Shown in pieces: positions 25,340-33,863 of a stretch of DNA of 54,556 nt; positions within the stretch are counted from its first letter, which is position 1; every line of letters begins with the position of its first letter. The stretch spans positions 1 to 54,556 of IMG/VR virus record IMGVR_UViG_3300032250_000707. One strand, 5' to 3'. Source of the DNA: a virus (Duplodnaviria; Caudoviricetes). The translations under genes were made by a program, and so were the position numbers. The notes under the pieces are model-generated. The model made no database searches, was not told where the DNA came from, and worked only from the letters and a program-made list of their open reading frames with translations.

Positions 25340-25560
25340 CCTGCCCGAGCTGCCAACTGATGGTGATCCAAGGGGTCATCTGTCACGAACACGGCTGCCC
25401 CGATAATCACCTCTTCACCACCCAGGAATGCAAGTGGTGCGGGACAGAATTCCGACCCACAGAGAAGCGCCGTGATTACTTCTGCAGCGCATCCTGCGCG
25501 GCGGCCTACCACGGCCATCCCGAGCCCGAATTTGACGAATCCTACGCCCTTCCATCATGA
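25336..25560 (+). CDS. Small zinc-binding protein (74 aa)
   Basis: CPSC...CHEHGCP and CKWCG.EF...FCS.SC motifs; ATGA coupling. Confidence 0.7.
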   Translation: MTCPSCQLMVIQGVICHEHGCPDNHLFTTQECKWCGTEFRPTEKRRDYFCSASCAAAYHGHPEPEFDESYALPS

Positions 25561-26270
25561 ATGACCTCGAAACCATTCCCTATCGGGGATGCACGATCCG
25601 CGTCGTATCCGACGATCATCCCGGCAATCCTCGCAAGGAATTTGACCACCTTGCCACGATGGTCTGCTGGCATGGCCGGTATGACCTCGGCGACGAGCAA
25701 CCCAAGGAGAATGCGGGCGACTATCTCTGCCGCATGGCCGCCGAGAAGGACGAGGGCTTTTCAAGGCTCAACGACCTGTATGATGAGGCCCTCAGACGCG
25801 GAAGCGACCGCGCCTGCCAGCGCATCAATCGTCGTCTCGCCCGCGAGCGCGAGCGCGTGCTCGCCGAGCATTACGTCATCCAGCCGCTCTATCTCTACGA
25901 GCACTCCGGGATCACCATCAGCACGGGATCCTTTTCCTGTCCGTGGGACAGCGGCCAGGTCGGCTTCATCTTCATCCCGCTGGAGACCATTCGCAAGGAA
26001 TGGCCCGTCATCCCAGATGGCCTGACGATCCAGCAATGGGCCGAGAAGATCATCGAGGGCGAGGTGAACGAGTATGACGCCTACCTGACCGGCGATGTCG
26101 TCGGCGTGATCGCCGAGGACGAGGAGGGCGAAGAGATCGACTCCTGCTGGGGATACTACCCCGACGAGAAGGGATCCCACGACTACGCCGTGGAGGATGT
26201 CAAATCCGCGATCGACCACCACCTTGAGCGCCAGGCCGAACTGGCCACCGACCTCTGCTGCAACATCTAA
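25557..26270 (+). CDS. Acidic phage early protein (237 aa)
   Basis: NPR.E.D...H.RYDLGD...PLYLYEHSG...WDSGQVGFI...DSCWGYY motif series. Confidence 0.8.
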   Translation: MNDLETIPYRGCTIRVVSDDHPGNPRKEFDHLATMVCWHGRYDLGDEQPKENAGDYLCRMAAEKDEGFSRLNDLYDEALRRGSDRACQRINRRLARERERVLAEHYVIQPLYLYEHSGITISTGSFSCPWDSGQVGFIFIPLETIRKEWPVIPDGLTIQQWAEKIIEGEVNEYDAYLTGDVVGVIAEDEEGEEIDSCWGYYPDEKGSHDYAVEDVKSAIDHHLERQAELATDLCCNI

Positions 26271-26303
26271 CATTCCCACTTTCCCACTTTTCCACCTTTC
26301 CCC

Positions 26304-26912
26304 ATGAGCGCCACCACCCCCGATACCGTCCTGGCCGCCCTCCCGTGGTTCCCAGGATTTTACAACTCCATCCTCGACGATCTCATGGATCGCACCATCG
26401 AGATGGAGATGGAGGACACCGGCGAGACCTATGACCAAATCATGGATCGCTATTCCGCGCACCTCGCCATGCAGGCCATAGCCAAGGCCTGGGTCAAGGG
26501 ATTCGCCAAGGAGACCGGCATCCCCGTGGAGCTGGAGGAGGTGCAGTCTCCGAAGTTCTATAACTTCACAACCGACCGCCTCTTTGTGCGAGTCCCCATC
26601 GATACGATCGAGAAGATCGCGAGCCAGATGGACGACAAGCCCCTCCGCGAGACGATCCGCAAGAATCATTCGAGCAGGTCGGGCTTCATCAGCTTCTACT
26701 CCAACGATCTCGACGATCCCGAGTGGCAAAAGCCCGTCCGCGACTGGGATCTCAATCAGCTCGGCACCCTGCTCGAGGCCAAGCTCCTCCAGGATGACTA
26801 CGACCAGGAGTATCTTGAGGACTCCTGCTACAGCGAGGCCGCCTTCATGGGCGCGGAAGATGCAGGATGGATCAAGGATCGTCCCGAGAAGGAGGCCCCA
26901 TGCGCGAGCTGA
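26304..26912 (+). CDS. Acidic phage early protein (202 aa)
   Basis: FPGFYNS...SPKFYNFTTDR...SRSGFISFYSND motif series; D/E-rich. Confidence 0.8.
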   Translation: MSATTPDTVLAALPWFPGFYNSILDDLMDRTIEMEMEDTGETYDQIMDRYSAHLAMQAIAKAWVKGFAKETGIPVELEEVQSPKFYNFTTDRLFVRVPIDTIEKIASQMDDKPLRETIRKNHSSRSGFISFYSNDLDDPEWQKPVRDWDLNQLGTLLEAKLLQDDYDQEYLEDSCYSEAAFMGAEDAGWIKDRPEKEAPCAS

Positions 26913-26973
26913 TCGAAGACACCCTCGGGGCCATCGGCCTCTTCGCCCTCATCTACCTGATGTTTCTGCTGAC

Positions 26974-27258
26974 ATGAGCACACCCATCCTACCTTGGTAT
27001 TTCAAGACTGCGTTTAACAAAGCCGATCAAGGACTCATCATCGAGGAGCAAACCGGCAGGACCGTCGCCGTGAGCTACGACGGCAAGGATGCACCACTCC
27101 TCGCCGCAGCTCCCGAGATGCTCGCAACCCTGCAAGCCTGCCTGGAGGCCATGGGGGACTACTACGACGCCAAGGATGCCGCAGGCGACGAGGGGGCACG
27201 CCTTCACGATCTCATCACCTCCACCATCTACAAGGCCACCCAATCAGCCATCCCATGA
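26974..27258 (+). CDS. Phage protein of the LxAAAPEL type (94 aa)
   Basis: PW...DAPLLAAAPEMLATL; start refined to ATG 26974. Confidence 0.7.
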   Translation: MSTPILPWYFKTAFNKADQGLIIEEQTGRTVAVSYDGKDAPLLAAAPEMLATLQACLEAMGDYYDAKDAAGDEGARLHDLITSTIYKATQSAIP

Positions 27259-27635
27259 CCACCAACGCCATAGAAACCAAGCTCAAGGAAGCCTCCGCCA
27301 AAGAAGCCGAGAATAATTGGGAAACCACCTGGAAAAGCCAGACCAGCTCCTTCATGGCGATGCTCTCGGAGAGATGCTCGACGAGTTGCTACAACACGGG
27401 CAACACAACCGCCCCGTTCCTCGTTCTGCCGCACAGATCCATCCATTACTGCTACCAAGTTTATCAGGAAGTAAATGGTGCAAACGGTCGCCGAGAGGAA
27501 AAGCTTACAAACAAATTGATGATCGAGGTCTCCTATCTGGAGGAGCAGGTAAAGAAGACATGGATTGCTCACGAGACTGACCGCATCTTCAAGATCAAGC
27601 TCGAGCACTTGCTCTCGGTAGCGGGAGTCGCATGA
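27255..27635 (+). CDS. Hypothetical protein (126 aa)
   Basis: ATGA coupling. Confidence 0.6.
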   Translation: MTTNAIETKLKEASAKEAENNWETTWKSQTSSFMAMLSERCSTSCYNTGNTTAPFLVLPHRSIHYCYQVYQEVNGANGRREEKLTNKLMIEVSYLEEQVKKTWIAHETDRIFKIKLEHLLSVAGVA

Positions 27636-27835
27636 AACTCATTCACCTAAAGCCAACCCGAGGAGATGCCTCAGAACGCCTCAAACTCTACTGCCCCGTC
27701 CTCAATCGGTCGCTCCTCTGGAACGAAGCCGCACAAGCCGGATGGATGGTCGACATCGAGGGAAAGCCGTTCCACATCGAGTCCTACTACTCCCCGGAAC
27801 GCCTCAAGGCCGAGGGGATCAATCCCAATAGTTAA
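27632..27835 (+). CDS. Hypothetical protein (67 aa)
   Basis: ATGA coupling. Confidence 0.6.
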   Translation: MKLIHLKPTRGDASERLKLYCPVLNRSLLWNEAAQAGWMVDIEGKPFHIESYYSPERLKAEGINPNS

Positions 27836-27838
27836 AGC

Positions 27839-28006
27839 ATGAAAACCTACGAAGTCGGCATCCGTGCCACCATCTGCAAGCGCCTCACCGTATTGGCCGA
27901 GAACGAACAGGACGCCATCGAGGCCGCCCATGAGCAGTTCAGCGTGCTCAACGACGACATCCCCGAGAACTACGAAGAGGAGACCGATTTCTGCCGAGTC
28001 AAATGA
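27839..28006 (+). CDS. Small DpnD/PcfM-like protein (55 aa; not in the ORF track)
   Basis: Manual translation MKTYEVGIRATICKRLTVLAENEQDAIEAAHEQF...FCRVK*; fills the gap with ATGA overlap. Confidence 0.65.
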   Translation: MKTYEVGIRATICKRLTVLAENEQDAIEAAHEQFSVLNDDIPENYEEETDFCRVK

Positions 28007-28287
28007 TCCTCTTCATCCCCAACACCAATCCCAAGTCGGAGTTCTCTCACTTTGAGATTAGCCCGAAACGTCAGGATCCCGAGAGCAACGCGGATAATAT
28101 CCGCGAAATCTGGACCGACGAGGAGAACCCCGAGTTCTGGAGCGTCTATGGCCGCGAACGTCTCAAAGATGAACCTGACTCCGAGTGCGGAGGCCCAGCG
28201 ACATGGATTGCAGACTTTGAAACCGAAGGCCTTGCTCTCGAGTTCATCCGCCAGCTCAACGGATCAATTCAAGACCATGAGCTTTAA
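28003..28287 (+). CDS. Hypothetical acidic protein (94 aa)
   Basis: Coupled ORF; FWSVYG...WIADF. Confidence 0.65.
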   Translation: MILFIPNTNPKSEFSHFEISPKRQDPESNADNIREIWTDEENPEFWSVYGRERLKDEPDSECGGPATWIADFETEGLALEFIRQLNGSIQDHEL

Positions 28288-28486
28288 GATCCAGACGATC
28301 GGCGTCCACGGATGGGGCGATGTCAAAGTCGCATACGACGAGAGCGAGGACTACCAGGACTGGCACTTCAAGACCCGCAAGGAGGCCATCGCCGAGCTGG
28401 AGGACTTCCGCGATCTCGACCCCAAGCTGACCTCTTACCGAGTCGTCCCCACCACCACCCCCTCTCAAGAAGACTTTTATTCATGA
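28277..28486 (+). CDS. Hypothetical protein (69 aa, MSFKIQT)
   Basis: Start refined; GW...F.TR.EA.AEL..F...YRVV. Confidence 0.65.
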   Translation: MSFKIQTIGVHGWGDVKVAYDESEDYQDWHFKTRKEAIAELEDFRDLDPKLTSYRVVPTTTPSQEDFYS

Positions 28487-28686
28487 TCACAAAATCCACT
28501 TACCAAGTCAGCGTGACGGTTAATGTACCGGCCTATGCCACGGTCGAGATCGAGGCCACTAGCCAGGAAGAAGCGGAGAAGATCGCCGCGCGCGAGATCC
28601 GCGGTGACGAATGGGAAAGCGACATCTGGCAAAATCTGGTCTTCACCCCTGCATGGGAGGAGGCCGAGGGATTGTGCGTCTCATGA
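28483..28686 (+). CDS. DpnD/PcfM-like small protein (67 aa)
   Basis: YQVSVTV...TVEIEATSQEEAEKIA; ATGA coupling. Confidence 0.65.
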   Translation: MITKSTYQVSVTVNVPAYATVEIEATSQEEAEKIAAREIRGDEWESDIWQNLVFTPAWEEAEGLCVS

Positions 28687-28979
28687 AAACCGCCGAATCA
28701 GCCCTCAAGGCCGACGTGGAGATCACCGCGCGCGAGTTCAACAAGCGCCACGAGTGGGACATCAACGCCGCCATCGATCTCGCCAAGGAAGTCCTGACCG
28801 ACGCAAACGCCCACCAAGAGGTGCGCTACCTCACCCACGGGGAGGAACTAGCCGATGCCCTGCGCCAACTCCTGGAGCGTAGCCACAGCCTCGACCAATC
28901 CCCAACCCATGACGGCCTCCTCAACTGCGAGGCCATCGCCCGCGCCAGGGAAGCCCTCCGCAACATCGCACGACCATGA
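28683..28979 (+). CDS. Hypothetical protein (98 aa, MKTAESAL)
   Basis: ATGA coupling at both ends. Confidence 0.65.
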   Translation: MKTAESALKADVEITAREFNKRHEWDINAAIDLAKEVLTDANAHQEVRYLTHGEELADALRQLLERSHSLDQSPTHDGLLNCEAIARAREALRNIARP

Positions 28980-29224
28980 GCACCAAGCGAAAGATGCCCG
29001 ACGATCTCACCGAGATGCAGGATGAGATCACCGATATGCTTCTAAAGATCCACAAAACCGAAGGAGCAGAAGGGGTGCGTAATATCTTGCGCATGGCGGT
29101 CGTTAACTACATTTACGAGACACCAGTTCCAGGACGCCACAAAGGCCTGCAGCGTATCCAACTCCTCAATCAGCTCGCCGAGGCCATCACCATCCCCTGC
29201 CACGCGCATGATACCATCTCATGA
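28976..29224 (+). CDS. Hypothetical protein (82 aa)
   Basis: ATGA coupling. Confidence 0.6.
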   Translation: MSTKRKMPDDLTEMQDEITDMLLKIHKTEGAEGVRNILRMAVVNYIYETPVPGRHKGLQRIQLLNQLAEAITIPCHAHDTIS

Positions 29225-29241
29225 TCACCCAGCCCCAGCCA

Positions 29242-29289
29242 CCGATTGCGAATCGGAGCCCCTCTGCTACAGTGGGATCCATGAACTCA
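29242..29289 (+). promoter_or_regulatory. Repeat R1 copy a: sigma70-like promoter for a probable leaderless transcript
   Basis: TTGCGA-16 nt-TACAGT with extended TG, ATG 7 nt downstream; CCGATT/AATCGG palindrome over the -35; 47/48 identical to 31111-31158. Confidence 0.7.
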
Positions 29290-29634
29290 ATTTTCTCGAT
29301 TGTCCCTCGCAAGATGATCAAGGGTCCGCTCTGGGTGTTTGACGATCCGGATCGCGGGCTCCAGGCAGAACCTTTTCTTGAGGACGCATCCGCAGCACTC
29401 GATAAGATCGCCGAAAAGATCGGAGCAGTCGGGGAAATGGTGCTCGCTTTTTCAGCTACCGAGATACCCGACGCAACCATGGTCATCGAGCGCATCGGAT
29501 CAGGAGACCATGCGGATCTCCATGGCGTGCTCTATCTTTTCGAGAAAAAGAGGGTCTGGCTTTGCCCGGCGACCACCAAGTATTTCCCGAAGCCACCAGA
29601 AAAAATCTGGCTCAAGGCTTATCGCTACGCATAA
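29281..29634 (+). CDS. DUF6717-like protein (117 aa)
   Basis: MNSI..I.P....WVFDD...GL..EPF...FSA...WLCPA..KYF..PP..I pattern. Confidence 0.75.
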   Translation: MNSIFSIVPRKMIKGPLWVFDDPDRGLQAEPFLEDASAALDKIAEKIGAVGEMVLAFSATEIPDATMVIERIGSGDHADLHGVLYLFEKKRVWLCPATTKYFPKPPEKIWLKAYRYA

Positions 29635-29707
29635 TGTGTTTTTATGATCGGAACCGTCCTTGATCTTTTTGTGAAATCGATGGCAGAGCAAGCTGCTTTG
29701 GCCGCCG

Positions 29708-30865
29708 TCAAGGCCGCAAAAGAAAAGGCCGGAGAACTCGCGGATTATCTCCAATATCCTGCGCCGCATTCAAACTCGGAGTCGCAAGATAGTCCTCGAT
29801 GTGACGACCAATCCCCGTCTTAGCTCCTGAGGCAGCCCCTTTTGCAAATCGGTCTTTGAGGATTTTGGTTCCGTATTTTGAATGCGCAACAGCCGTGCGG
29901 ACTACATTGTATGCCGGATAGATCGGTTCCACGGCGGCCATGGCGCCACCTACGATTCCAGCTCCCATGTAATCAGATTTCTTGGGGGCCCTATTCATCG
30001 GCACCTGCGGGAGCTTTGAGATGATTTTTTCAGTAATCTTGGATCGCGGTCCAGCCACAATCCCGGCAGCGGCTTTTGTTGCCTGGTTGGCCCCAGGGAT
30101 CTTTGAAGCAATAATGGTCCCTCCCTTTCTTAAAAAACGCCTGCTACCCAGGCCCTGATGGTAGATTTCCGCAAGTTCAGGGCCCGCCACAATGTCCGCC
30201 GTTTTTGTAATCGCAGGGTGGATCATTTTACCGGATTTCGCATGACGAACACCTGTCTGGTAAATAGCCGCTCCAACCCTGTTCATCAGCGTATTGGGCT
30301 TGAGCATCCTTTTGTAGAGAACATTCATCCCGACATGTAATCCACCAGCAATTCCCGCGCCAGCCAGCAGGGAGAATTCTTTCTTCTTGAGGATGACGTT
30401 AGGAGCCCCGGAGACATGATCAGCCTGATAGCCAGCACGCCGAGCCATCCTTTCATAATGGCTACCCAGCTTCTCATTGGTCGTAATTCCAGAGGTCTCG
30501 GGAGAGAGCGTTTCTGGACGATAGACAATTTCTTTCCTGTTCTTGCTGAGATTGGCAAGCATCGGCTTCATAATCCCTCCGACTCGGGCACCATTGCGGT
30601 AAGTTCTGTGGTCGTCTTCCGGTGAGTCCACAATGTCCCAAGAGACGCGATCTTTACTTTTGCGATTCAAGATCTGAGAAACCTCCGGGTTGTCCTTATG
30701 CCGGATCGTCACCGTCCTGGGATACCGAGCCCCGGAATCAGGTGTGATAAGACTCCACCTGGTCCCAGGAGCCCACTTGCCGCCAAGTCGACCAGTGAAC
30801 ACGCCGGTTTTGTATCCAAACTCAGACAGGGCCGCCAGACCCCTAAGCCTTTCCATGAAATTCAT
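29708..30865 (-). CDS. Putative head cargo protein, two modules (385 aa), antisense within the early island
   Basis: Leader MNFMERLRGLAALSEF|G; internal KKKEF|S followed by glycine zipper; TTGAC 15 nt upstream. Confidence 0.75.
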   Translation of the reverse strand: MNFMERLRGLAALSEFGYKTGVFTGRLGGKWAPGTRWSLITPDSGARYPRTVTIRHKDNPEVSQILNRKSKDRVSWDIVDSPEDDHRTYRNGARVGGIMKPMLANLSKNRKEIVYRPETLSPETSGITTNEKLGSHYERMARRAGYQADHVSGAPNVILKKKEFSLLAGAGIAGGLHVGMNVLYKRMLKPNTLMNRVGAAIYQTGVRHAKSGKMIHPAITKTADIVAGPELAEIYHQGLGSRRFLRKGGTIIASKIPGANQATKAAAGIVAGPRSKITEKIISKLPQVPMNRAPKKSDYMGAGIVGGAMAAVEPIYPAYNVVRTAVAHSKYGTKILKDRFAKGAASGAKTGIGRHIEDYLATPSLNAAQDIGDNPRVLRPFLLRP

Positions 30866-30885
30866 CACCCACCACCAAACGTCAA
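30852..30885. repeat. Repeat R2 copy a (34 bp): TTGAC box plus start of the antisense gene
   Basis: TCCATGAAATTCATCACCCACCACCAAACGTCAA, identical at 31848-31881. Confidence 0.9.
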
Positions 30886-30886
30886 C

Positions 30887-31087
30887 ATGACTCCACAAGA
30901 TTTCATCGAGTGCGCGAGTAAAAGAGGGTTTCACCTTTCAGAAGCCGACGCTCTCGACATTCGAGACAGGTGGGCCATGCCAGGAGAATCCGCGGAAAGC
31001 GCGATCTGCGGATGGTTGCTTTGTTTTGAAACGTGCGATCCTAATCTCGAGGTAAAATTCGGACTTCCGGCCAGCATCTTTGCATGA
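30887..31087 (+). CDS. Hypothetical protein (66 aa, MTPQDFIE)
   Basis: Start refined; A/C-rich leader supplied by R2. Confidence 0.55.
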   Translation: MTPQDFIECASKRGFHLSEADALDIRDRWAMPGESAESAICGWLLCFETCDPNLEVKFGLPASIFA

Positions 31088-31110
31088 ACACCCAAACACT
31101 TACCCCGCCT

Positions 31111-31158
31111 CCGATTGCGAATCGGAGCCCCTCTGCTACAGTGAGATCCATGAACTCA
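31111..31158 (+). promoter_or_regulatory. Repeat R1 copy b: sigma70-like promoter
   Basis: CCGATTGCGAATCGGAGCCCCTCTGCTACAGTGAGATCCATGAACTCA. Confidence 0.7.
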
Positions 31159-31512
31159 GTCAATACCCCCATCCAGAAAGCAGTTATTAACTTTCTCATC
31201 GAGACTAAGAGAAGGGTTGCCTGGAATGGAAATCCATGCACGCCGATCCAGATGTTCCGAAAAGGAGAACGCCTCGGAGGCATAAATCAACCATGCGATG
31301 TCGTTGCGTTTTTCCCGACACCGAAGGAGTTCTCTACGATGCCACTGCCGGAATTTTGCCGGATCTACGGAATCAAGGTTCCTGAAGTCCCTGCAGGTCC
31401 TGCGAATGAAGTCCAGGGCGCGCCTTCTTGCGCCACTCTTCCGATCCCGGAGCCCATTTATTCCTCCGGTTGGCCAGGCGCGAAGCCTCTGCCGCTGGAA
31501 CATGCGGTCTGA
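31150..31512 (+). CDS. Hypothetical protein (120 aa, MNSVNTP)
   Basis: Starts at the R1b ATG; 3' end overlaps the convergent gene. Confidence 0.55.
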   Translation: MNSVNTPIQKAVINFLIETKRRVAWNGNPCTPIQMFRKGERLGGINQPCDVVAFFPTPKEFSTMPLPEFCRIYGIKVPEVPAGPANEVQGAPSCATLPIPEPIYSSGWPGAKPLPLEHAV

Positions 31513-31861
31513 GGTTGGTGGCAAATCCACTCGCCTTTTCAGAGCGGTGATGATTTGCCGTCAGCCATAGGAAGTCATCCGGCCTCTCCTCGGCAAGCTG
31601 CAGAGCCGCCATGGGGTGCATCGGGCCGGTGTAGATTTTCCCGTTGGAGGCCTGCACGGTCACATGGGTCTTTAGGATTTTTTCATCCACAGGGGATTTC
31701 TTCCGAGCCGAAGAAAATCTCTCCCGCCAGACGCTTCGCGGGGCACGACCTTTAGCAAGCGCAGAACGCGCCGCCTCGTAATTTGGATACCCAAGCTCTT
31801 TGTAACTGAATAAGAGTTCCGAAAATTCCGACACTTTCCTCAATCGCTCCATGAAATTCAT
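31373..31861 (-). CDS. Putative head cargo protein (162 aa), antisense within the early island
   Basis: Leader MNFMERLRKVSEF|SELLF|S; TG..H...GF.TN...V...EA...LHSQDL small phage domain; TTGAC 15 nt upstream. Confidence 0.7.
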   Translation of the reverse strand: MNFMERLRKVSEFSELLFSYKELGYPNYEAARSALAKGRAPRSVWRERFSSARKKSPVDEKILKTHVTVQASNGKIYTGPMHPMAALQLAEERPDDFLWLTANHHRSEKASGFATNLRPHVPAAEASRLANRRNKWAPGSEEWRKKARPGLHSQDLQGLQEP

Positions 31862-31881
31862 CACCCACCACCAAACGTCAA
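31848..31881. repeat. Repeat R2 copy b (34 bp)
   Basis: Identical to 30852-30885. Confidence 0.9.
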
Positions 31882-31885
31882 TTCC

Positions 31886-32152
31886 ATGACCACCACCTAC
31901 ACCACTAAGGCAGCCGGGCTTCTCATGGCATCCCTGCCCGAGGAGGCCTGGAGGAACGGTCAGCTAGACAAGCATCTCCTCATCGTCCACCTCGACGACG
32001 AGGACACCCTCACCGTCACCCGCGCGGAGGCCGACGGCATCATCTACCCCGACACCAACATCGACCTGGCTGAATATGAGGATGGGATCCTCGATCGCGA
32101 TGACTCGATCGATCTCATGCACTATCTCCGCCGCAACGACATGATCGAATGA
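31886..32152 (+). CDS. Hypothetical acidic protein (88 aa)
   Basis: ORF resumes the plus-strand chain. Confidence 0.65.
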   Translation: MTTTYTTKAAGLLMASLPEEAWRNGQLDKHLLIVHLDDEDTLTVTRAEADGIIYPDTNIDLAEYEDGILDRDDSIDLMHYLRRNDMIE

Positions 32153-32364
32153 GCACAAAAACCAACTCAGAACCCGCAGGACGGATTGCTTTCAGCTTCC
32201 GCGTCACCCTGGAGGCCATCCCGTGCACCCCAGGAATCCCGACGGTCCAACTCAAGAAAAGCGCCCGCGCCGCCGTCGAGAACGCCCTGCGAAAGTCCTA
32301 CGAGGAAGGTTTCATCCATCCCCTTGAGGACGAAACAGGGCTCGAAATCGTCTCCATCAAATAA
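32149..32364 (+). CDS. Hypothetical protein (71 aa)
   Basis: ATGA coupling. Confidence 0.65.
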   Translation: MSTKTNSEPAGRIAFSFRVTLEAIPCTPGIPTVQLKKSARAAVENALRKSYEEGFIHPLEDETGLEIVSIK

Positions 32365-32366
32365 TC

Positions 32367-32678
32367 ATGAACACCGAATCAGATGCCTACGAGCCCGAGA
32401 TCCTCTCCTTTCAGGAACTCGGCTATCCGGCCATCGAGTCTCTGGAGTCATGGATCGTCGATAATGTCGACGGAGGCTCCGAGATCTTTTTTGAGGAGAG
32501 AGAGGACGGATCCCGCGTCCAGTCTCTCGATGTCCACGAGGAACTTACTTTCCTTCAGAAATCCTACTCCAAGATGCTCGATTTCATCGAGACGGTCGCC
32601 TCCGGAAATACCGAGATCGAGGACCTCGAAAGACAAGCGCAGAAGATCCTCGACGGCCTCACAAAATCGGAGTCATAA
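32367..32678 (+). CDS. Hypothetical acidic protein (103 aa)
   Basis: Very E/D-rich; tight spacing. Confidence 0.65.
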   Translation: MNTESDAYEPEILSFQELGYPAIESLESWIVDNVDGGSEIFFEEREDGSRVQSLDVHEELTFLQKSYSKMLDFIETVASGNTEIEDLERQAQKILDGLTKSES

Positions 32679-32732
32679 ATCATCTCAAATAGACACCTCC
32701 TGTCCACCCCACCCAGCTACCATTACCACCCC

Positions 32733-33032
32733 ATGAAAGCACTCATCGCCATCGTTCGTCACTTTTACGGCCCAGAATCCACCGTGGAACTCCTCAAGTC
32801 AGAGCACGACGGCGGAAATACCCCCCGCGTTTTTCAGAGTCCAGAGGAGGCCCAGAAATGGTGCCGCGAGAAGAATGCGGAAATCTACCACCTCCGTCAC
32901 AATGAATCATGCCGGCCTGATTTCGTCGTCATCACCGTGAACGACATGGACGGGGAAGAAGCGAGGTCCCTTTACAACGAGGGTGCCTACGACGATCTCC
33001 TGTCCCACCGCGGAACCATGCTTTCAGCCTAA
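32733..33032 (+). CDS. Hypothetical protein (99 aa)
   Basis: A/C-rich leader; FYGP...F...EEA..W...Y.L.HNE..RP. Confidence 0.7.
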   Translation: MKALIAIVRHFYGPESTVELLKSEHDGGNTPRVFQSPEEAQKWCREKNAEIYHLRHNESCRPDFVVITVNDMDGEEARSLYNEGAYDDLLSHRGTMLSA

Positions 33033-33044
33033 CAATACACCCCA

Positions 33045-33269
33045 ATGAACATCACACTGAAGGAAATTCAAAATCGACTGGATTCTATCCATAGAAATAA
33101 AGCAAATAACACCCTCACCAAAATCCGAGACGAGGCCTCCACGGCCATCAAGATAGGGGATTCAGAGAGGGCCGAAGGTGCCGTCGAAGAACTCTACGCA
33201 ATTGCACTGTGCTATGAGTCGTATTTCTTTGACGGAACGGTAAAAATACCCACCGAATCCACCCCATGA
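33045..33269 (+). CDS. Hypothetical protein (74 aa)
   Basis: A/C-rich leader; coupled to next gene. Confidence 0.55.
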   Translation: MNITLKEIQNRLDSIHRNKANNTLTKIRDEASTAIKIGDSERAEGAVEELYAIALCYESYFFDGTVKIPTESTP

Positions 33270-33448
33270 AAATCCTACTACCCCTCCTGATGACACTCCT
33301 GATGGGTCTCGCCATCGGTGTCTCTGCTGCCGAGGGCCGCGACGGGATCCGATACCAGTGCCCCCGCTGCGGCCAGGTCGAATATCACCCTCGTCCCGGC
33401 TACTGGTATTGCAGCTCCTGCAAGACCAGGATGATCTATAATCCGTGA
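33266..33448 (+). CDS. Small zinc-ribbon protein with hydrophobic N-terminus (60 aa)
   Basis: Signal-like N-terminus; CPRCG...CSSC. Confidence 0.6.
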   Translation: MKILLPLLMTLLMGLAIGVSAAEGRDGIRYQCPRCGQVEYHPRPGYWYCSSCKTRMIYNP

Positions 33449-33465
33449 TATAAACCACCCAAGCC

Positions 33466-33810
33466 ATGCCCATCCTCAGAATCCTGATTGCCTGGTGGTG
33501 CGCCAAGTACCCGCCAGAAGGTAACTTTATCCCCCAACGCTATAAGGATCACTCCATGCTGGCCGTGGCGTCCGTCAAGATCCTTTGCGTGGTCGGTTTT
33601 TTTGCCACGGGATCCAACATCTGGACCTGGCTGATCTGGCTTCCGATTTTCATGATCTTTAACACCGACGACTTCTACAAGGTGTATGAGGAATACTGGG
33701 AGATCAGGCTCAAGAAGAAGCTGACCCTCACCGGGGCCATGGGCCGCATCATCAATCTCTGGGTCGACGACAAGCTGAAGAAAATCGAGGAGCGAGGCCG
33801 CAAGAAATAA
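33466..33810 (+). CDS. Putative membrane protein (114 aa)
   Basis: Two hydrophobic segments. Confidence 0.65.
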   Translation: MPILRILIAWWCAKYPPEGNFIPQRYKDHSMLAVASVKILCVVGFFATGSNIWTWLIWLPIFMIFNTDDFYKVYEEYWEIRLKKKLTLTGAMGRIINLWVDDKLKKIEERGRKK

Positions 33811-33863
33811 CCGCCGCGAAGATGTCGGGCCTTATTCCCATTTCACACAACCACCCCAACACC

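Noticed and set aside
29221-31149. Shared peptide PIANRSPSATV at the N-termini of ORFs 29221 and 31084
   Set aside because: It is the translation of promoter repeat R1; true starts are more likely ATG 29281 and 31150
29242-31881. R1/R2 repeats as DGR template/variable repeats or IS ends
   Set aside because: No reverse transcriptase or transposase; repeats are nearly identical and coincide with promoters and start codons
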